From contig DAFJ01000085.1 in NCBI GenBank assembly GCA_002497905.1, forward strand, positions 15,993-79,992: a stretch of 64,000 nt of DNA, in the 5' to 3' direction. Of this stretch, positions 57,986-64,000 are shown piece by piece. Below the pieces are notes generated by a model. It ran no database searches and was not told where the DNA came from. It saw only the letters and a list, made by a program, of their open reading frames with translations. Origin of the DNA: Euryarchaeota archaeon UBA251 (GTDB lineage Archaea > Thermoplasmatota > Poseidoniia > Poseidoniales > Thalassarchaeaceae). A program made the translations under genes and the position numbers. Numbering within the stretch: the stretch's first letter is position 1; each line of letters starts with the position of its first letter.

Positions 57986-59236
57986 ATGGATGCCTACATC
58001 ACCGGCCTCATGGCGCGGGCAATCCTTGATTCAAGAGGGAACCCAACTGTCGAGGTTGAATGCTTCGTGAATGGAGGATTGGCCGGGCGTGCAGCTGTGC
58101 CATCTGGTGCAAGTACAGGGAGCCATGAGGCAGTCGAATTGAGAGATGGGGGAGACCGTTGGATGGGGAAGGGCGTTGATCTAGCCGTCCAAAACGTCGT
58201 CGAAGTAATCCAGGAAGCCTTGGTGGGACTGCGAGTTGATGACCAAGCTACCATCGATCAGTGCATTCTCGATCTTGATGATTCACCGAACAAAGCAACG
58301 CTTGGTGCTAATGCAACGCTTGGTGCATCGCTCGCCTGCCTCCATGCAGGGGCAAACATCCACTCTCAACCTCTCTGGCGTTACGTCGGCGGGCTATCTG
58401 GAGGAAGCCTCCCAGTACCTCTGATGAACATACTCAACGGAGGTGCCCATGCCGCAAGTGATGTGGATGTTCAGGAGTTCATGGTCGTTCCCCATGGTTT
58501 TGATGACTTTTCTGAGGCACTTCGCGCAGGAGTCGAAACTTACCATTCTCTTCGCTCAGTCCTCAAGGAGAAAGGGCTCCTCGGTGGTATCGGAGATGAA
58601 GGTGGTTTTGCACCAAATCTCCCGAGCAATGCCGAAGGACTTGGGCTATTGACCCAAGCAATCGAGCGTGCAGGCTATTCACCAGGAGATGAGCTTGGTA
58701 TCGCGTTAGACGTGGCAGCACAGGAGTTCCTACACGATGATGGCTACCACATTGATGGCGCTGTCTTAACTGGCGATCAACTCGCTGAAACCTATGCAAC
58801 TTGGGCTGACGAACATCCCATCGTATCTATCGAGGACCCTTTCGGCGAAGACGATTGGAGTTCTTGGTCGACATTGACCGCTGAAATGGGAGATAGGGTC
58901 CAAATTGTTGGTGATGACCTATTCGTGACAAATGTGAATCGTCTGTCTGATGGGATTGATCGAGCAGCTGCTAATGCGATTCTAATCAAGCCCAACCAAA
59001 TTGGGACCGTCACCGAGACACTGGAATGTATTGAGATGGCGAAGAGTCACGGCTTTGGGACAGTAATGAGTCACCGTTCCGGTGAAACGAGTGATGATAC
59101 GATTGCCGATCTCGCAGTAGGTGCGCGAACTGGTCAGATCAAAACTGGGGCCCCTGCACGGTCCGATCGGACCTCAAAGTACAATCAACTTCTACGAATC
59201 TCTGAATCCTGCACAGAGTTCCTGCCACCGTTCTAA
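57986..59236 (+). CDS. eno: Enolase (phosphopyruvate hydratase)
   Basis: N-terminus MDAYITGLMARAILDSRGNPTVEVE and the IKPNQIGTVTET block match enolase. The start is at the internal Met of track ORF 57959-59236. Confidence 0.9.
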   Translation: MDAYITGLMARAILDSRGNPTVEVECFVNGGLAGRAAVPSGASTGSHEAVELRDGGDRWMGKGVDLAVQNVVEVIQEALVGLRVDDQATIDQCILDLDDSPNKATLGANATLGASLACLHAGANIHSQPLWRYVGGLSGGSLPVPLMNILNGGAHAASDVDVQEFMVVPHGFDDFSEALRAGVETYHSLRSVLKEKGLLGGIGDEGGFAPNLPSNAEGLGLLTQAIERAGYSPGDELGIALDVAAQEFLHDDGYHIDGAVLTGDQLAETYATWADEHPIVSIEDPFGEDDWSSWSTLTAEMGDRVQIVGDDLFVTNVNRLSDGIDRAAANAILIKPNQIGTVTETLECIEMAKSHGFGTVMSHRSGETSDDTIADLAVGARTGQIKTGAPARSDRTSKYNQLLRISESCTEFLPPF

Positions 59237-59237
59237 A

Positions 59238-60368
59238 TCAAGACAACCAGGCCTTAAGCCGGGTAATCCCTTCTCGGATATCTGCCTCATCGGTTGCATA
59301 TGAAACCCGAACAAAGCCTTCACCGCCCTCGATTAATGAGCCAGGGATGAGTTGAACGCGGGCTTCATCAAGAGCACGATCTGCAAACTCAACCGACGTC
59401 ATGCCTGAACTTGTAATATCGATGAAGGCATAGAAGGCCCCTTCTGGTTCTACAAGTTCCATACCCGGAATTGATGCGATACCTTCCATCAGGATGTTAC
59501 GTCGCCGGTTGTACTGTATACAGAACTCATCTACGGCTACATCTTGAGTCAATGCAACAGACGCCGCTGGCATCAAGAAAGTAGGAACATGTGAATTTGC
59601 ATTGGCCTGACATGCGAAGGCTGCTTTCATCGCCTCCTTGGGCCCAGTAAGGACGCCAAGACGCCAACCTGTCATTGCGAATGACTTCGAGAAGCCAGTG
59701 ACAACCATTGTTCGCTCTGCTCCACCAGGGATACTCGCTGGAGATATGTGAGGCCATTCTACCCAGAGAAGACGAGCGTAGATCTCGTCACTGATTATCC
59801 AAAGATCATGTTCCACTGCAAGGGCGACAATTGCCTGAATCTCCTCTGGTGTGTAAACCGCTCCAGTCGGATTATTGGGAGAGTTCAGCAAGATTGCTTT
59901 GGTCTTGTCCGTGATAGAGGCGCGCATCGACTCTATAATCGGGTGAAAGAGATCGTTAGTCTCAGTGAAAACGATGTTAATTCCTAAAAGGGCGGTTTGA
60001 CCCTCATAGGTTGGCCAAGCTGGAGCAGGCACAAGTAACTCATCGCCAGCTTCCATAGTGACCATCATGGCATACAACAGAGCTTGCTTGGCTCCAGGTG
60101 TGACCATCACTGTCTCTGGTGTAGTTTCAAGGTCCCACATACGATTCAATTGTTCTGAAATTTGGGTACACAAATCCATCGAACCCGGACCACGCGTGTA
60201 CTTTGTCTGGCCCGCTTCAAGTGCCTCAATCGCAGCATCAACAACTGGTCGAGGTGTGTCAAATCCAGGTTCCCCGACAGTCCAACGAATGACGTCTTCA
60301 GAGGGCTTGACCAGATACGGCGTGAACCCAATGGCGAGATTTGAGAACCGCTCCGGTACCTCGGGCAT
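59238..60368 (-). CDS. Class I/II pyridoxal-phosphate aminotransferase (aspartate aminotransferase family)
   Basis: PLP-lysine motif FSKSFAMTGWRLG and the NPTG block (LNSPNNPTGAVY). I placed the start at the internal Met (MPEVPERFSNLA). The gene is convergent with eno, with a 1-bp gap. Confidence 0.8.
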   Translation of the reverse strand: MPEVPERFSNLAIGFTPYLVKPSEDVIRWTVGEPGFDTPRPVVDAAIEALEAGQTKYTRGPGSMDLCTQISEQLNRMWDLETTPETVMVTPGAKQALLYAMMVTMEAGDELLVPAPAWPTYEGQTALLGINIVFTETNDLFHPIIESMRASITDKTKAILLNSPNNPTGAVYTPEEIQAIVALAVEHDLWIISDEIYARLLWVEWPHISPASIPGGAERTMVVTGFSKSFAMTGWRLGVLTGPKEAMKAAFACQANANSHVPTFLMPAASVALTQDVAVDEFCIQYNRRRNILMEGIASIPGMELVEPEGAFYAFIDITSSGMTSVEFADRALDEARVQLIPGSLIEGGEGFVRVSYATDEADIREGITRLKAWLS

Positions 60369-60477
60369 GACGCCCGGAGTCGCGTCCTGCTTATGTCTTT
60401 GATGTGAGAATTCGTGCTTATACCTCAAGCGAAACCTTGACCCATCTTCTCGGACCCCATGTAATTGAGGAGAGCAC

Positions 60478-60867
60478 ATGTCCGACATTCCTGAAGATCT
60501 GAAGTACACAAAAGAACACGAATGGGTGAGAGTCGATGGAGACGAAGTCGTCATCGGTATCACTGATTTTGCTCAGAATGCTCTCACAGATGTTGTGTGG
60601 GTCGAGATGGACCCGGATATGGAAGGCTCAACAGTCGCAGAAATGGAGGCTTTCTGTAGTGTGGAATCTGTAAAATCTGTGAGTGAGATTTACGCACCTA
60701 TTGCTGGAACGATTTCGGCACTAAATCTGGATCTCGAAGATGCCCCTGAAACAATCAATCAATCCCCTTACGAAGATGGGTGGATTGCACGTTTCCGTCC
60801 AAACAATATGGCAGATGTCGAAGGTCTCCTTGACGCAGCTGGTTACGCTGCTGTCATCGGAGAGTGA
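60478..60867 (+). CDS. gcvH: Glycine cleavage system H protein
   Basis: 129 aa. The lipoyl-lysine region SVESVKSVSEIYAPI and the N-terminus YTKEHEWVRVDGDEVVIGITDFAQ are present. Confidence 0.9.
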   Translation: MSDIPEDLKYTKEHEWVRVDGDEVVIGITDFAQNALTDVVWVEMDPDMEGSTVAEMEAFCSVESVKSVSEIYAPIAGTISALNLDLEDAPETINQSPYEDGWIARFRPNNMADVEGLLDAAGYAAVIGE

Positions 60868-61415
60868 GTTCTGCTGTGGCCGATACCCCCCCGGTTTCAA
60901 TCTACATTGATGGATCATGTATAGAGAATCGGAACGTGACTGCGGACACTGCTGCCGGTTGGGGTTTTGTCGTCGTAATAGGTGACCGGGGTGTAGGCCG
61001 CGGGACAGGTGACCTAATGCACGAATCTTCAGGTCCAGTGATTACTAATCCAAACTCGGATGAATGGTTAGGGGCAGAGGTTGGATCAAACAACACCGGG
61101 GAACTATCTGCGATGGTTCATGCCCTTCGATGGATTCTCGTTAATTGTCCAAAGGGTGAAGTCACCATCCGTGCAGATTCAATGTATGCACTTCGGATTA
61201 CTGACGGATCTTGGTCAGCAAAGGCAAACAAGAAACTGGCTCTCCTCTCTCAAGAACTATGGAAAGAAGTTGCACAAGTTGTAGATTTACACAATGCTCA
61301 TGTCAAAGCACATTCGGGACATCGCTGGAATGAACGAGCAGATCATCTTGCTTACCGCGGTCAAGGAGATGATGAACCTATTCCTCTGCAATTCTGGCGC
61401 CCAGGCCAGCGATAA
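60864..61415 (+). CDS. rnhA: Ribonuclease H, type 1 (RNase HI-like)
   Basis: Catalytic DEDD residues in context IYIDGSC, TNNTGELSAM, ADSMYA and HSGHRWNERADHLA. There is a 4-bp overlap with gcvH. Confidence 0.8.
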   Translation: MSSAVADTPPVSIYIDGSCIENRNVTADTAAGWGFVVVIGDRGVGRGTGDLMHESSGPVITNPNSDEWLGAEVGSNNTGELSAMVHALRWILVNCPKGEVTIRADSMYALRITDGSWSAKANKKLALLSQELWKEVAQVVDLHNAHVKAHSGHRWNERADHLAYRGQGDDEPIPLQFWRPGQR

Positions 61416-61426
61416 GCAGTTTAATT

Positions 61427-64000
61427 CTAGGATGATTTTTCATCTTCCTTGTCTTCTTCATCGCTATCTTTAATCAAGAAAATCATCGTGTAAAGAGCAA
61501 TCAAAATCAGAATCAATAAGGGCATCAGGAACCAAAGGAAGAGGTTGCCTGGGGCAGGTTCTTGGTCACCCGTACCTTCAAGCAAACAAGTTGCCAAATC
61601 ATTACTCCGTGGAATTATTGTGCTATTATCTGGATCTGATTTGCACGACTCTTCAAAGTCGTCTTCGTAACCATCCCCATCCGTATCTGTGATTGGTTTT
61701 GGAATTGGGGTATTGTTCCCGATAGAAATCGCGTTGGGATCGATCACCTCAATGGTTAGCAGAATGGTAGCTGTTTGACCTGTATCAAGATCTGTTGCTG
61801 TGACTGTGAAGATTCTAGCATCGATAGCCTCGGTCGGGGCACCTTGGATTGTTCCCTTGTCAAGAACCAAAACACCATTCTGGATTAGACGATTGAACTC
61901 TAACCCATCCGGTAATTCGGGTTCTACCGTCCAAGTCTCAACCGTTTGATTGTAAACAGTTGGAATCATTGCAACAACAGATTCGTCGACTGTGAGGTTT
62001 AGCGTAACTTCTGGATATACCACCTCAAGGACGGCAATGCATGATCCATCATCTTCTGTAGCGGCCGCATTATGATTGAAGGCGTCTGGATCTGTACAAC
62101 CGAAGACCTCGTCGATATCTGGAACTCCGTCTCCATCCGTATCTGTGTAAACGCAGGAATCATCATCCTCAATCGCGATTGGGTCATAATTCTCGGCTAG
62201 AGAATCTGTACAGCCCAATGAAGGAAGGACGGTGATGTTCACTGTCGAAACGGATGAACCGCCAGAATTCGTTGCTGTAACCGTGAATGTCATGCGCTCA
62301 TGTGTGGTATCTGGGATGCCCCAAATTGTGCCATTTGTATCTGAGAATTGTAGACCATTGTCTAATTCAGGGCTCACACTGAATCCAATAACGTCTCCAC
62401 CACTAGAGATTGCCTCGATACTAACCTCTGTAACGTTCGCATACAATACAAACTCCTCTTCGACATACTCGATAATCGGCGGTTCATCCACAACCTCGAT
62501 TGTAAAGGATACAGATTGTGAGCCGCCACTATTGTTCGCCCAAATTGTGTATGTCTGTTCCTCGGATAGCACCGTCGGTATACCTGAAATTGATCCAGTC
62601 TCCTCATTGAAAGTTAGACCCAGAGGTAATTCTGGATGGAGGCCCCATTCGACAACTTCGCCACCGACAATCGTAATGGTAAACGGCGCCATCACCTCAT
62701 CGATAGTAAGAGTAATCTCAGTGGTTGTGATTGAAGGCGTTGCAGGCACATCGACGATTGTTATTGTGAGTGTTTGTGTCACTGAACCACCTGTGTTGTT
62801 TGCCCAGATTGTATAGGACTCTGTGGATTGTGGGGTCGTTGGAGTACCGCTAATCTCACCTGTAACTGAATCCATACTCAGTCCATCTGGTAATGTGGGC
62901 TCAATCTCCCAAGACACTACTTCGCCACCATCGCTTGATGGAAGTAGAGGAGACATCGCTTGACCAACGGTCAATGAAAGCGAATTGGAAGGGAGGGTAA
63001 CATCTGGATTCTCTGCAATAACTGTGAGATCGAAAGTAAACTCAACCGAACCGCCCGAATTATTGGCCCAAACTGTGTACGTTTGCACCGGCCAGAGTTC
63101 GGTTGGTGTTCCGGATATGATACCGGTGTTCGAATCAAGGTTCACGCCCGAGGGTAGAGTTCCATTGACCTCCCAACTAGTAATCTCACCTGGTCCGGCG
63201 ATAGATGGGGTTTCAGGAGTCATTACTGTGTTATTTGTGAGAATAATTGACCCGCCATCATACACAATATTGGTTGGTACTTGGTCAATTACAGCCAATG
63301 TCAAACTGAACGTTCTGTAACCTCCGCTATTATTCGCCCAAATTGTGTAGGTAGTAGCGGGCCAAAGCTCTACAGGAGTTCCATTCAGAGATCCATTGGA
63401 TGAACTGAAAACAAGACCATTTGGTAATGCTCCACTAATTTGCCAAGTTAGAATCTCGCCGGCTCCTGTAAGAGTTGGATTCAGTGGTAAACGAGAATCT
63501 GCAGTATTATTCGTCAACACCAATGAGGTGTGATCGTAGTTGATAGTTGGCAATTGATCAACGACGCTTAGGTGAATCTGTATCGAGATTGATCCACCTG
63601 TATTGTTTGCCCAGATTGTATAATTCGTCATGGTCCACAGTTCAGTCGGTGTACCCCAGATCGTTCCGTTGTTGGAGCCAAATTCGACTCCTGTCGGCAG
63701 GATTCCATCAATCTCCCAAGTTAGAATCTCACCAGGTCCTATGAGAGTGGCTTCTTCGGGAATCATCGCTGTGTTATTGGTAAGAACAATGCTACTGTTC
63801 AGGAACGTTAGGCTTGTTGGCACCTGATCGTTGACTGTAATATTCAGAGTTGCGAATACGGAACCACCACTGTTGTTCGCCCAAATCGTATACTGCGCTG
63901 TAGGCATCAATTCAGTTGGTGTACCCCATATGGTCTGATTCGAAGAAGTCCATGTGAGTCCAGATGGCAACGTGCCCTCCAACTCCCACGTTACGATTTC
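61427..64000 (-). CDS. Large surface protein made of tandem putative-Ig (He_PIG/dystroglycan-type cadherin-like) domains with a C-terminal TM anchor. It is 5'-truncated by the window end.
   Basis: At least 9 repeats of about 95 aa carry the pattern LP.GL.fdS.nGtIwGTPTEL...YTIWANNSGGS. A Cys-bracketed pair (CTDSLAENYDPIAIEDDDSC and CTDPDAFNHNAAATEDDGSC) is present. The C-terminal helix FLWFLMPLLILILIALYTMIFLI is followed by an acidic tail. The frame is open to nt 64000. Confidence 0.7.
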   Translation of the reverse strand, partial: EIVTWELEGTLPSGLTWTSSNQTIWGTPTELMPTAQYTIWANNSGGSVFATLNITVNDQVPTSLTFLNSSIVLTNNTAMIPEEATLIGPGEILTWEIDGILPTGVEFGSNNGTIWGTPTELWTMTNYTIWANNTGGSISIQIHLSVVDQLPTINYDHTSLVLTNNTADSRLPLNPTLTGAGEILTWQISGALPNGLVFSSSNGSLNGTPVELWPATTYTIWANNSGGYRTFSLTLAVIDQVPTNIVYDGGSIILTNNTVMTPETPSIAGPGEITSWEVNGTLPSGVNLDSNTGIISGTPTELWPVQTYTVWANNSGGSVEFTFDLTVIAENPDVTLPSNSLSLTVGQAMSPLLPSSDGGEVVSWEIEPTLPDGLSMDSVTGEISGTPTTPQSTESYTIWANNTGGSVTQTLTITIVDVPATPSITTTEITLTIDEVMAPFTITIVGGEVVEWGLHPELPLGLTFNEETGSISGIPTVLSEEQTYTIWANNSGGSQSVSFTIEVVDEPPIIEYVEEEFVLYANVTEVSIEAISSGGDVIGFSVSPELDNGLQFSDTNGTIWGIPDTTHERMTFTVTATNSGGSSVSTVNITVLPSLGCTDSLAENYDPIAIEDDDSCVYTDTDGDGVPDIDEVFGCTDPDAFNHNAAATEDDGSCIAVLEVVYPEVTLNLTVDESVVAMIPTVYNQTVETWTVEPELPDGLEFNRLIQNGVLVLDKGTIQGAPTEAIDARIFTVTATDLDTGQTATILLTIEVIDPNAISIGNNTPIPKPITDTDGDGYEDDFEESCKSDPDNSTIIPRSNDLATCLLEGTGDQEPAPGNLFLWFLMPLLILILIALYTMIFLIKDSDEEDKEDEKSS
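62230..64000 (-). repeat. DNA-level tandem repeats of about 285 bp (about 70% identity) encoding the putative-Ig domains
   Basis: Recurrent near-identical stretches, for example ttattggcccaaactgtgta, ttattcgcccaaattgtgta, ttgtttgcccagattgtata and ttgttcgcccaaatcgtata, are each the reverse complement of the YTIWANNSG codons and occur at roughly 285-bp spacing. Confidence 0.6.

Noticed and set aside
1-64000. CRISPR arrays, IS elements, integrases and prophage or defence islands
   Set aside because: There are no short direct repeats with unique spacers, no transposase- or integrase-like ORFs, and no DDE or tyrosine-recombinase motifs apart from the housekeeping topoisomerase IB. The only repeats are intragenic coding repeats (TSP3 and putative-Ig arrays).

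Overview
This 64-kb window looks like a gene-dense stretch of an archaeal chromosome. The archaeal assignment rests on DNA polymerase II (PolD) large subunit, the large subunit of primase, an S13-S4-S11-RpoD ribosomal/RNA polymerase cluster, a KEOPS Pcc1-like ORF, THEP1 NTPase and an archaeal-type CoA pathway (pantoate kinase candidate and phosphopantothenate synthetase). GC is about 50% and many predicted proteins are acidic. Several large surface proteins carry C-terminal membrane anchors: a GDSL esterase with thrombospondin type-3 repeats, an FG-GAP propeller protein and a protein built of putative-Ig repeats. By inference, with low confidence, this suggests an uncultivated marine planktonic euryarchaeote resembling Marine Group II or III. 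Most genes are housekeeping, including leuS, pckA, fumC, eno, an IDH/IPMDH-family dehydrogenase, gcvH, rnhA, mutY, hflX, nadC, pyrE, an M32 carboxypeptidase and an S15-family peptidase. I found no transposases, integrases, CRISPR arrays or rRNA genes. One tRNA-Cys(GCA) lies on the minus strand at about 57.3 kb and is hidden inside a track ORF. The most unusual feature is a 670-bp convergent intergenic region (25.66-26.33 kb) with no credible ORF, strong purine/pyrimidine strand asymmetry and several perfect hairpins, which I propose as a candidate structured ncRNA; the others are the bacterial/poxvirus-type topoisomerase IB, the TPD-motif nuclease-like protein, the tandem TerB-like pair, a truncated UDP-sugar dehydrogenase and the hypothetical-gene cluster at 51.3-53.5 kb. 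The ORF track treats GTG and TTG as start codons, so several starts were re-placed by homology; all coordinates are approximate at the start-codon level.
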